A stretch of DNA of 63,749 nucleotides, counting the filler. It is 4 parts of 4 records of this genome, joined end to end, with 100 filler letters (N's around TTAATTAATTAA, not from the genome) between each part and the next. Parts side by side here need not be neighbours in the genome. Positions count along the whole stretch, not along the records: positions 1 to 23,299 come from DRR723986_9362; 3 more parts are not named here. One strand, written 5' to 3'. The position numbers were made by a program, and so were the translations under genes. Under the pieces are notes generated by a model. It made no database searches, was not told where the DNA came from, and saw nothing but the letters and a program-made list of their open reading frames with translations. Shown piece after piece: positions 9,921 through 18,486 of the stretch (positions are counted from its first letter, which is position 1; the number at the start of each line of letters is the position of its first letter).

Positions 9921-11261
9921 CTAGAAACGTACTGAAGCCCCGTAAAACCAGCCAAATTTGGAAGAAGTATACTGCACTCCGTTGATATCATACCACAAGT
10001 GGCTGAATTCAACGCCAAAGGACAGGGCAATCGAACTTTGTGGATTGCTGCGAATTCCAATAATTCCCTTTGCCAGCGGCCCAACTTCAGTAGTGCCGGC
10101 CAGTCCCTGAATGTACGGAAACACAATCTCCACGGGGGAAAGCGCACGCAGTTCGTAGCGCCCGAGCAAGCCGGCCCAAAACAGCTGTGGGTTCTGCCGG
10201 ACCGTAGCATTGCGGTCGAGCAAAACAGTCCGATATTCCTGGCCAAACGATTCGCGGCCACCTTCAATGCCTACAATCATGCTTTTTTTGAGCTCGTACG
10301 AAAAAGCCAGCGCGCGGTCAGCTGTAAAACCGTCTACCTGAGACGGCAAGCCGATTTCGGGGCTGGAATCGGCCAGCAGCGTACGCAGCTCAACCGTCAG
10401 TCGGCCGTCGCGCGATTGTGCCGTGCCCGGGAACTCAACATCCGCGAGGCCCTCAAGGCGGCCAAACGATTCGTCGCTGTCGCGCTCGTCGCGGACTGAA
10501 ATGTTTCTGGTTTCCGGATCAGTGCCAAACAAGATGGTTTCCCTCAAGACAGGGTTTTCCCTCAAACCCGGCGCCAGATTGGCTGACGCCGGTACTTGAG
10601 GACTACTGCGCGACTCACTGAAATCGGTAACCTCGGAAGGTTGAACCGAACTTGTGTTTGCTCCCTGAGCAAGAACTGAATTTGCGTCCACATTTGGGGC
10701 GCCTGAATTTTGCATTGTTTGCACGGTTTGGTCTGTTCCCGCGCGACTATTTCCCGCATCCGCCGTGAATGTATTCTCTTTGCCGCTTGCTGAAGCCGGC
10801 ACTACACCTGCCGCATCCCCGAACACACCTGCCTCCGCAATCCGTGGCCACGGGAAGGCCATGTCAACTTCTACTGCGCCTGCACCGGGCCGTGGGTCTG
10901 TTGCGATCATCTCTGTATCGGAGCCCCAGGGCAGCATCAATAAAAACATCAGCAGAGCACCGATACTTGCTGCCAGGCCATGTGAGCCGATGCGCTTAAA
11001 ACCCGCCAGAAAACGCGTCCCCAGCGCTGGTGAGGCAGCCACGGGACTGCTATATCCTACAGCCGCAAAAATGTTGGCCGTGGCGGCAGCCGGCGCGGCA
11101 ATTGTCGGGACCTCCTGCTGCACAATTGAGTGCATATGCAAGTGATCCTGCAACTGATGGCGCAGACCGGCATCGCGGGCCAACTCACTGAACAGCACTT
11201 CCTGTTCAGCCTGGCCCAGCTCACCGTCTAAAAATTCACGCAACATAGTTTCTGAGTTCAT
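9921..11261 (-). CDS. putative anti-sigma factor with a C-terminal outer-membrane beta-barrel-like domain
   Basis: N-terminal LREFLDGEL anti-sigma-like helix; one TM (LAASIGALLMFLLMLPW); long S/T/A/P-rich linker; alternating beta-strands ending YGASVRF; 16 bp downstream of the ECF sigma gene. Confidence 0.65.
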   Translation of the reverse strand: MNSETMLREFLDGELGQAEQEVLFSELARDAGLRHQLQDHLHMHSIVQQEVPTIAAPAAATANIFAAVGYSSPVAASPALGTRFLAGFKRIGSHGLAASIGALLMFLLMLPWGSDTEMIATDPRPGAGAVEVDMAFPWPRIAEAGVFGDAAGVVPASASGKENTFTADAGNSRAGTDQTVQTMQNSGAPNVDANSVLAQGANTSSVQPSEVTDFSESRSSPQVPASANLAPGLRENPVLRETILFGTDPETRNISVRDERDSDESFGRLEGLADVEFPGTAQSRDGRLTVELRTLLADSSPEIGLPSQVDGFTADRALAFSYELKKSMIVGIEGGRESFGQEYRTVLLDRNATVRQNPQLFWAGLLGRYELRALSPVEIVFPYIQGLAGTTEVGPLAKGIIGIRSNPQSSIALSFGVEFSHLWYDINGVQYTSSKFGWFYGASVRF

Positions 11262-11277
11262 GACTACACCTCAGCCT

Positions 11278-11844
11278 TCACTGGAATTTTTCAATGTCGG
11301 CCAAATAAGGCGAAAGTATATTCCTGATGCGGTCCTTGGCGCGCCAAACGCGGTTCTTCAAGGCAGGAATAGTATCGCCAGTGATTTCTGCTATTTGTGA
11401 GTAGGACATGCCTTCGTATTCCTTGAGCACAAATGCTTCGCGGTATTTGATGTCCAGCAGCCCCAGGGCAGTTTCGATCAGCTCCAGCAAATCGCGCCGC
11501 TCGTAGCTCTCATCCCGACTGGAAAAAGTGAAGTCGTCCAGATCAAGGAACTGCTTTTTATCACGACGGTGATTGTAACACAGGTTACGAGCAATCTTAA
11601 AGAGATAAGAAGGTACATTCTGGACTTCATAACTCTTGAGCGCCGCACGATGAAAACGAATGAAGGTCTCCTGGTAGACATCCTGGGCATCACCATGGTC
11701 GCCCAAAATCTTGAGGCAATACATAAACACACGGTTACCAAAACGTGCGTAAAGCTCAGCGAAGGCACGCTCACCTTCCGCCTTGCCGCCCGCAATGCGT
11801 GAGTATAACTCAAAGTCACTCGTGTTTTTGTCGATGTTCTGCAT
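11278..11844 (-). CDS. ECF-family RNA polymerase sigma-70 factor
   Basis: Region 2 (AQDVYQETFIR, YLFKIARN) and region 4 (YREAFVLKEYEGMSYSQIAE..TIPALKNRVWRAK). Confidence 0.93.
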   Translation of the reverse strand: MQNIDKNTSDFELYSRIAGGKAEGERAFAELYARFGNRVFMYCLKILGDHGDAQDVYQETFIRFHRAALKSYEVQNVPSYLFKIARNLCYNHRRDKKQFLDLDDFTFSSRDESYERRDLLELIETALGLLDIKYREAFVLKEYEGMSYSQIAEITGDTIPALKNRVWRAKDRIRNILSPYLADIEKFQ

Positions 11845-12066
11845 CAGGTCTGCCGGAGTGCGCCTGTTTTACGCTACCAGGGAAGCAGCGCGCCACAGTG
11901 GCATTCCAAGTCGTCCGCAATTGTGTCCGTCGATCCTTTCCATCGGTCTGCACGGCCCGCATTTTTACATCACAGGCCGGCATAGCAGTGGAATGGCAAT
12001 AGGACACAGCTAAAACTGAAAGAGTCTCAAAGAGATTTTGGCACAGTGAGCAGATGGTGCTGCCGC

Positions 12067-14148
12067 TCAGGCCAGAGAACGTAAATACTCAAGGGTTTCG
12101 ACCTGAGCATCACAGCTCTCACGGCGACGTGTGGTGACATAGCGGTTGCTCAGACGTTGATCTATAACGCGTGCCTTGACCGTATCATTCGTATGCAGCG
12201 TCATGAGTTCCTGCAATGTTTTGCGGACGGCGGGATCGTGGAGTGGCACACCAACTTCAATGCGCGAATCGAGATTGCGGCGCATCCAGTCTGCCGAAGC
12301 CAGATACATTTTGTCTTCGCCGCCGGCGTGAAACATGAAAACACGCGGATGTTCCAGGAAACGCCCAACAATGCTGGTAATCTTAACATTTTCACTCATG
12401 CCACGCACGCCGGGAACCAGACAGCAGATTCCGCGAATAATCAAACGTACTTCCACTCCGGCAGCCGAGGCTTTGTAGAGGCGTTTAATCATTTTGCGAT
12501 CTTCCAGCGAGTTCATCTTGGCAAAAATTCGCGCCGGTTTACCGGCTTCGGCCGCCGCGATTTCAGCATCGATTAAGGCGCGGAACTCTTCGCGCATGCC
12601 CGCCTGCGCTACCAGCAGATGTTTAAACTTGCGCTCCGGCATGTCTTTTTTCTGCAGCGCTTCAAACACATTACCTGCATCGGCGGCGATACCGGGGTGA
12701 GCGGTAAACAAACCAAAGTCTGTGTAAATCTTAGCTGTTTTTTCGTTAAAATTCCCTGTGCCAACGTAAACATACTCTCTCAGGCTCTCGCCTTCACGGC
12801 GTGCAACGTAGGCCAGCTTGGCGTGAACTTTGAGGGCGGGCATACTGTATAGAACTTGCACACCGGCCTTCTCCATTTCGGCGGCCCAATAAATGTTAAG
12901 TTCTTCGTCAAAGCGCGCCTTAACTTCTACAAACGCCAGCACACGTTTACCATTGCGTGCAGCGCGGATCAGCGCCTCAACGACTTCGGATTTGGCAGAG
13001 ACACGGTACAAGGTGACGCTGATCTTCTCAACAGCTGGGTCTTCAGCGGCTTCCTGCAGAAAGCGCGAGACATAGGTAAATGATTGATATGGAAAATGTA
13101 GTAGTTGATCCTGTTCGGCAAGACACTTAAACAAACTCTCACTTTGCTCAAAGGCGCGCAGCGGCAGCACTTCCTGCTTGGGGTATTCCAGATCGGAGCG
13201 CCCAAAAGTAGGAAAAGCAAAAAAGTCGTTAAAGTTGTGGTAACGTCCGCCGGGCACCAAATCGGCCTTGTTTAATTTAAACGAATGACGCAGGAAGGAC
13301 AGGAACCCCTCAGGCATATCCATATCGTATAAGAACCGAGCAGGCACACCTACATGCCGCTTCTGAATACCTTCTTTGATTTTTGCAACCAGGTCGCCGG
13401 AGGTCTCATCGTCGATGTACATCTCGGCATCACGTGTTAACTTGATCGAATAGGTGGCAAGCGGATCGTGTTTTGGAAAAATCAGCGGCAAACTATCGCG
13501 GATGATATCATCCAGAAACATAACCGAATGGCCTTTGCGCGAGGCGGGCACCTGCACAAACCGCCCGAGCTTGTCGGATGGAATTTCCAGAATTGCCCAA
13601 TTCGAGCGGCGCGTACGCCGGAAGGTGCCGCGCTCAACATCTTTTTCTATCAACTGAACTGTTAAGTACAGTGCTTTATTCTTGAGGAAAGGTGGATTGG
13701 TGTCTTCATCAATGATGACTGGTTCGAGGAGGGCCTGAACATGTTCGCGAAAGTAGCGCCGTGCGTAACGCCGCTGATTGCGCGTAATCTGGCGTTCATT
13801 CGGCAAATGAATGCCGGCGGCATTCATTTCGGGCAGCACTTGTTGGCGGTAGATTTCGCCAAAGCTGTCCTGCTGGCGTTTAACAATGCGGTGAATATGG
13901 CGCAGCAGTTCCTTAGGTGGAACGTCGCGCTTTTTGCTTTTGTGTTTAGGCAGATCTGCCAGGCTGCGCGTCAGCGCTACACGAACGCGGAAAAACTCGT
14001 CCAGATTTGACGAAAAGATGGCTAAAAAACGCAGGCGTTCAAACAGCGGAACGGTCCTATCGGCCGCCTCCTGTAAAACGCGGTGGTTAAACGCCAGCCA
14101 GCTGATATCGCGGTCGTGGTAGCGCTGTTCTGTTTGCAGTTCTAACAT
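12067..14148 (-). CDS. ppk1: polyphosphate kinase 1
   Basis: RDISWLAFNHRVLQEA, FSSNLDEFFRVRV, LLHFPYQSF, EVKARFDEE, KVHAK, GTGNFN, GRFLEH and SADWMRRNL; ATG 14148 avoids overlap with sixA. Confidence 0.97.
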   Translation of the reverse strand: MLELQTEQRYHDRDISWLAFNHRVLQEAADRTVPLFERLRFLAIFSSNLDEFFRVRVALTRSLADLPKHKSKKRDVPPKELLRHIHRIVKRQQDSFGEIYRQQVLPEMNAAGIHLPNERQITRNQRRYARRYFREHVQALLEPVIIDEDTNPPFLKNKALYLTVQLIEKDVERGTFRRTRRSNWAILEIPSDKLGRFVQVPASRKGHSVMFLDDIIRDSLPLIFPKHDPLATYSIKLTRDAEMYIDDETSGDLVAKIKEGIQKRHVGVPARFLYDMDMPEGFLSFLRHSFKLNKADLVPGGRYHNFNDFFAFPTFGRSDLEYPKQEVLPLRAFEQSESLFKCLAEQDQLLHFPYQSFTYVSRFLQEAAEDPAVEKISVTLYRVSAKSEVVEALIRAARNGKRVLAFVEVKARFDEELNIYWAAEMEKAGVQVLYSMPALKVHAKLAYVARREGESLREYVYVGTGNFNEKTAKIYTDFGLFTAHPGIAADAGNVFEALQKKDMPERKFKHLLVAQAGMREEFRALIDAEIAAAEAGKPARIFAKMNSLEDRKMIKRLYKASAAGVEVRLIIRGICCLVPGVRGMSENVKITSIVGRFLEHPRVFMFHAGGEDKMYLASADWMRRNLDSRIEVGVPLHDPAVRKTLQELMTLHTNDTVKARVIDQRLSNRYVTTRRRESCDAQVETLEYLRSLA

Positions 14149-14173
14149 CTTGTAGTCTTCCTTTCGCTGAGCT

Positions 14174-14689
14174 TCAGTCTGCGTAATCGTCGGAAGTGGT
14201 GTACTTTTTAGGATATTCAAAAAACACCACACTTCCGTTGTTCTGGCGGATGTCCGTCCAGCGTTCAACATCAAATTCAATCGCTACTATCGCACTGGTT
14301 GGAATATTGTCAATACGGTAGTTGCTTAACATGTTGGAGAGCCATGTTAAACTGGGATTGTGCCCAAACAACATCACACTGGCATGGCGGTCAGTAGATG
14401 AGTGGATCACCTCAAGCAGGTCTTTCGGCGTCGCCTCATAAATGCGTTCATCCGTCCGCAGTTGATGTAGTGGAAAAGAAATGGCATTGGCCAGAATGCG
14501 AGCATAGGTAATCGCGCGGCTGGCCGGACTGGAGATAATGGCATCCGGACGGACGCGTTTGCGCCGCATGACTTCGCCCATCAGCGGAGCGTCACGCCGG
14601 CCACGTCCGTTGAGGGGACGTTCAAAATCTGTTAACTCTTCATATTTCCAGCTGGACTTGGCATGCCGTGCCAGATAAACAGTTTTCAT
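14174..14689 (-). CDS. sixA: SixA-like phosphohistidine phosphatase
   Basis: LARHAKSSW, DFERPLNGRG, SSPASRA and FGHNP histidine phosphatase motifs. Confidence 0.88.
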   Translation of the reverse strand: MKTVYLARHAKSSWKYEELTDFERPLNGRGRRDAPLMGEVMRRKRVRPDAIISSPASRAITYARILANAISFPLHQLRTDERIYEATPKDLLEVIHSSTDRHASVMLFGHNPSLTWLSNMLSNYRIDNIPTSAIVAIEFDVERWTDIRQNNGSVVFFEYPKKYTTSDDYAD

Positions 14690-14777
14690 ACCAAAACTCC
14701 ACGTACACTTGCCATTTCAAAACAAGTGGAATACAGATGGAGCCGGGGCTCATCGGCTGGAAAATTAGACTTGTTGG

Positions 14778-14795
14778 CTAACACAGATTTAACAC
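14778..14795. promoter_or_regulatory. 11-bp-spaced direct repeat upstream of sixA-ppk1 (possible response-regulator site)
   Basis: CTAACAC-agat-TTAACAC, with TAACA cores at 14779 and 14790. Confidence 0.3.
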
Positions 14796-14835
14796 TCGAT
14801 TGGGTACGCAGGACGATCAACACTTACACCTTTAA

Positions 14836-16062
14836 TCAGGCAGCAATTACTGCAACGCCGAAGGCGAGGATCGACAGGATTAACCCGTACATAAATACAT
14901 CGTATGAGATCCGCAGGAATTTGTACTTGCGGCTAAGAACGCGCCCCAGAAAGAACAAATCCTTTGTCAGACTATCATACAGGTATTCACGATCGCTCAT
15001 CATCTCGCGCATTCCCCAAACATAGTCGTCCAGGGTCACGTTAAAAAAGTTGCCAAAAAACAACAGGTTTACACGCCGTTCTTTGACGTCCGTTTGCGTA
15101 AAAGTTCCCTCGGTCACTTTGGGACGCGTGGAAATGGTCGCAAAGATCAACGTCACAACACAAACAGTCAGCAAGAGGAGCGTTGGCGCAATCAAATGCG
15201 GATTCGCTTGCAGGTCATCAACCAGTAAACTTACCACAATCGAGATTATGATAGCGTTAACACTGATGAGCATGTTCGCTTTGTTATCAGCAATCGCACT
15301 GAGGTTGATGTGGTTGCGCATGGTAACGCGGAACATCGTCTCAATTCCGCGGTCCGGAACAATCGATTTGTTCTTGATTGACTCAAGCTTCTTCTTCTGG
15401 ACTTTGAGCTTGATGTCTTCTTCTTCGCGCTTGCGTTTACGCTTGCGCATCTTTTTCTTGAGTTTGGCGATTGTGGCCAGCTTGGTCGCCTGGTAATTGG
15501 CCACGGCGTAGTCGGTAAAAAACTGGTGTTCCAGCAAAAACTGAATGCTTTTTTTCATCCAGTCTACATCGCGGTAGCGCTCTTGTGACGTGTGTTCCCA
15601 CTCAACGCGCAGCAGGTCATTACTTTCCTGAAAAGACTCCAGGCCCACATGCTGCAGGTCAGCATCACAGATAACCTTTTCCATCATCGTCTGCGGGTTG
15701 GGCGGATACTTTGTGACCTGGATAAGGGAACGCACCGTATCAATCTTGGCGGCAGGGTAATTACGTGCCTGCAGGTATTCCGCAGCCATTTCCGCACTGT
15801 TTTGCTCGTGATCTTCACGTCCATGGATATATCCAATGTCATGAAACCAGGCCGCCAACTGAACCATCTCCAGTTCTTCGGCATTTAAGCCCGAAGCTTC
15901 ACCTATAAGGCACGCAGCATCTACGACTTTCGAGGTATGCGCGTAGTTGTGGTAAATGTAGGAGTTTTCTAACTGACGACTGAGAATTGAAGCAACGTGA
16001 TCGCTCACATCCTTCAACAAAACTTCAGTATCACCCATGCTTGCCTGGCTAGTTGTACTCAT
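14836..16062 (-). CDS. HD-domain phosphohydrolase fused to a PycTM/DUF5706 transmembrane effector domain
   Basis: YHNYAH, AAWFHDIG, DHE and CDADL (HD fold); basic linker; then ADNKAN, TM-TM-RP, LLFFGNF, RKYKFLR and a final TM (PycTM pattern); ATG 16062 has an AGGAG RBS. Confidence 0.85.
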   Translation of the reverse strand: MSTTSQASMGDTEVLLKDVSDHVASILSRQLENSYIYHNYAHTSKVVDAACLIGEASGLNAEELEMVQLAAWFHDIGYIHGREDHEQNSAEMAAEYLQARNYPAAKIDTVRSLIQVTKYPPNPQTMMEKVICDADLQHVGLESFQESNDLLRVEWEHTSQERYRDVDWMKKSIQFLLEHQFFTDYAVANYQATKLATIAKLKKKMRKRKRKREEEDIKLKVQKKKLESIKNKSIVPDRGIETMFRVTMRNHINLSAIADNKANMLISVNAIIISIVVSLLVDDLQANPHLIAPTLLLLTVCVVTLIFATISTRPKVTEGTFTQTDVKERRVNLLFFGNFFNVTLDDYVWGMREMMSDREYLYDSLTKDLFFLGRVLSRKYKFLRISYDVFMYGLILSILAFGVAVIAA

Positions 16063-16158
16063 TCGCTCCTGCGCCCTAAAACGTATAGGCAGTGCAAAAA
16101 AGCCGTAAAGTATCAATAATTAAGGCGCGGTGCAATCTGGGATCGGAACCGGTCTCGA

Positions 16159-18486
16159 CTATCTGCGTTCTGACTTACTTGTGTCTTGCTCCTTAGCCTG
16201 CTCACGAAGGCTGCGGTGCTCCCTTTCTCCGTCCTCTTTATCTTCGTGAAACGTTTCATTGCGCGCTTCAAGGTCGAGCCAATCGAGCAATTCGCGTTCC
16301 TCATCCAGAACCTGTCTGATTGGGGCAGGCTCGGTAGGTGGCGCCTCCTGTGGCTCTTCACGACCGATGTATGGGTTATCACTCGTCTGGCGGATGAGCT
16401 TGGGTTTTTCGACCACGTCAAACTGGAAGGCCAGTGCATCCTGATAGTTCAACAGTGGGTCGTTGTAGGTTTGCTGCATGAACTTGGCCCAGATTGGTGC
16501 AGCTGCGCGACCACCCTGCCCATTTTCGTCGGGGAATTTGACCAAGATATCATCAAATCCTACCCAAACGCCGGCGCAGAGCTGCGGCGTATATCCCACG
16601 AACCATGCGTCTGTATAATCATTTGTGGTACCGGTTTTGCCGGCGGCCGCTTCTATCGGAAACAGTGAACGCACGCGCACGGCCGTCCCACCAGCAATTA
16701 CATTGCGCAGCATCGTAGTCATATATGCGGCGGTGCGTTCAGATATTGCGTCGGACGCCTCAACGAAACCCTTGCGGTCAAAAATGATATTGCCAAAGCG
16801 GTCTTCAATGCGCTCAATTGTATAGGGCTGGACATGCACGCCACGATTCGGAAAGACAGCAAAGGCCGCAACCAATTCGAGCGGAGAAACAACTTCCGAG
16901 CCCAATGCCATAGCCGGCACCGCCTGCAGAGGCGAAGTAATTCCCATGCGTTCAGCTGTAGCCCTGACTTCCTGTGGCGTAGCATATTCAGTAATCAAGC
17001 GACCGGCGACTGTGTTGATCGAATACTTGAGAGCCGTCGCCAGGCTGACAGTCCCAGTGGTAAAACGCGGGTGCGCGGCCAGCGCCCAGATGTCTTCTGA
17101 ACCCGGCACTTCAAATTCAAAGTCTCCAGCCTCAACCAAACTGTCAGGCGTCAGATATTCATGCTCCAGGACTGTAGCGTACAGGAAAGCCTTAAATGCC
17201 GAACCGGGCTGACGCTTGATTTGGGTGGCGCGGTTGAGTGTATAACGCTCACTTTTGCCGAACTTCGATGATCCAACCATTGCACGAATAGCGCCGGTGG
17301 AAGGATCTATCGCCGGGAACCCAATCTGAATGCGCGTTGCCTCTACTTTTACAAACTCGGCGAACTCTTCGGAGCTGCGCAGACTGTCGAGCACGACTTT
17401 GCGCGCATCACCCGAAGCATTTTTATACACCGCCGTCTGCCGTGCATATTTGTTGACCAGAGCTTTGAGTACTGAGGCATTGCGCTTCCAGGACCAGCGC
17501 TTGTCAAATTGCTTCTGCACCTTGGCCAGATGCTCCTGCACCGCCTGGTTGGCGTAGCGCTGCATGCCGGCGTTTAGGGTTGTGTGAATTACCAGGCCGT
17601 CGCGGTAAAAGTTCAGGTCTTTGGATTTGAGCAAAGGGTGCACACGCAATTCACGACGCACCATTTCGGCGAAGTGCGGCGCGATGCTGCGACGCTGGAT
17701 AGTCTCTTCCGGTGCCGCAAACACAATCTCTTCGTCCAGCGCCTCCTGGTATTCTGCGTCGCTGAGTTTGCCGACGGCATGCATACAGCTGAGGACCGTA
17801 TTGCGCCGCAGGCGCCCCGGCCCCGGCTTGGAGCGGCTGCTATACCGCGATGGGTTTTTGAGAACACCTACCAGGTAAGCGCACTGCGATGTCGTAAGCT
17901 CCAGCGGTGACTTGTTAAAGAACAGGTGCGCCGCCATCTTGAGCCCATAGGCTCCGCGACCATAGTAAACGGTGTTTGTATAGAGCCCCAGAATTTCACT
18001 TTTGGTATAACGACGCTCAATTTCAATAGCAGTGAACAGCTCGCGAACCTTGCGCTCCAGCTTGCGTTCGTGGGTCAGGTAGAGGTTGCGCGCCAGCTGT
18101 TGTGTTACCGTTGAGGCGCCCTCACCGGTGGACCATAAAATGTTGTTGCGCACAGCGCGCATAAGCCCCCAGGAGTCAAGCCCCCAGTGATCGTGAAAAT
18201 TGCGATCCTCCGTGGCCAGCAGAGCCGTCAGGAAGTCGGCGGGAATGCTGTCGCGCGAGAGCTGTGTGCGCCGCTCGCGATCGTACAAAATCTCAAGGAC
18301 TTCACCATCTTCGCTCAGAACCGTGCTCGCCAGGTCACCACGTGGGTTCTCCAGCTGTGCCAGCGATGCCAATTGGCCGCTGGTGACGTTATAAACAAAC
18401 AGCCCAACACCGCCACAAGTGGCAAGCGCCAAAAACAGCAGGGTCCAGAAGATGTATTTTGCTCTAACTCGGAATCGCATGATCAT
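16159..18486 (-). CDS. class A penicillin-binding protein (PBP1A family)
   Basis: N-terminal TM; transglycosylase motifs EDRNF, GASTVTQQLARN and RKVRE; transpeptidase motifs GSAFK (SxxK), SIN and KTG. Confidence 0.95.
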   Translation of the reverse strand: MIMRFRVRAKYIFWTLLFLALATCGGVGLFVYNVTSGQLASLAQLENPRGDLASTVLSEDGEVLEILYDRERRTQLSRDSIPADFLTALLATEDRNFHDHWGLDSWGLMRAVRNNILWSTGEGASTVTQQLARNLYLTHERKLERKVRELFTAIEIERRYTKSEILGLYTNTVYYGRGAYGLKMAAHLFFNKSPLELTTSQCAYLVGVLKNPSRYSSRSKPGPGRLRRNTVLSCMHAVGKLSDAEYQEALDEEIVFAAPEETIQRRSIAPHFAEMVRRELRVHPLLKSKDLNFYRDGLVIHTTLNAGMQRYANQAVQEHLAKVQKQFDKRWSWKRNASVLKALVNKYARQTAVYKNASGDARKVVLDSLRSSEEFAEFVKVEATRIQIGFPAIDPSTGAIRAMVGSSKFGKSERYTLNRATQIKRQPGSAFKAFLYATVLEHEYLTPDSLVEAGDFEFEVPGSEDIWALAAHPRFTTGTVSLATALKYSINTVAGRLITEYATPQEVRATAERMGITSPLQAVPAMALGSEVVSPLELVAAFAVFPNRGVHVQPYTIERIEDRFGNIIFDRKGFVEASDAISERTAAYMTTMLRNVIAGGTAVRVRSLFPIEAAAGKTGTTNDYTDAWFVGYTPQLCAGVWVGFDDILVKFPDENGQGGRAAAPIWAKFMQQTYNDPLLNYQDALAFQFDVVEKPKLIRQTSDNPYIGREEPQEAPPTEPAPIRQVLDEERELLDWLDLEARNETFHEDKEDGEREHRSLREQAKEQDTSKSERR

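Noticed and set aside
14149-14280. 44-aa N-terminal extension of Ppk1 in the ORF track
   Set aside because: It overlaps sixA; Ppk1 similarity begins after ATG 14148.
14836-16062. Canonical Pycsar anti-phage system
   Set aside because: No adjacent PycC cyclase, the effector is fused to an HD domain, and the context is ppk1/sixA/PBP1A rather than a defence island.
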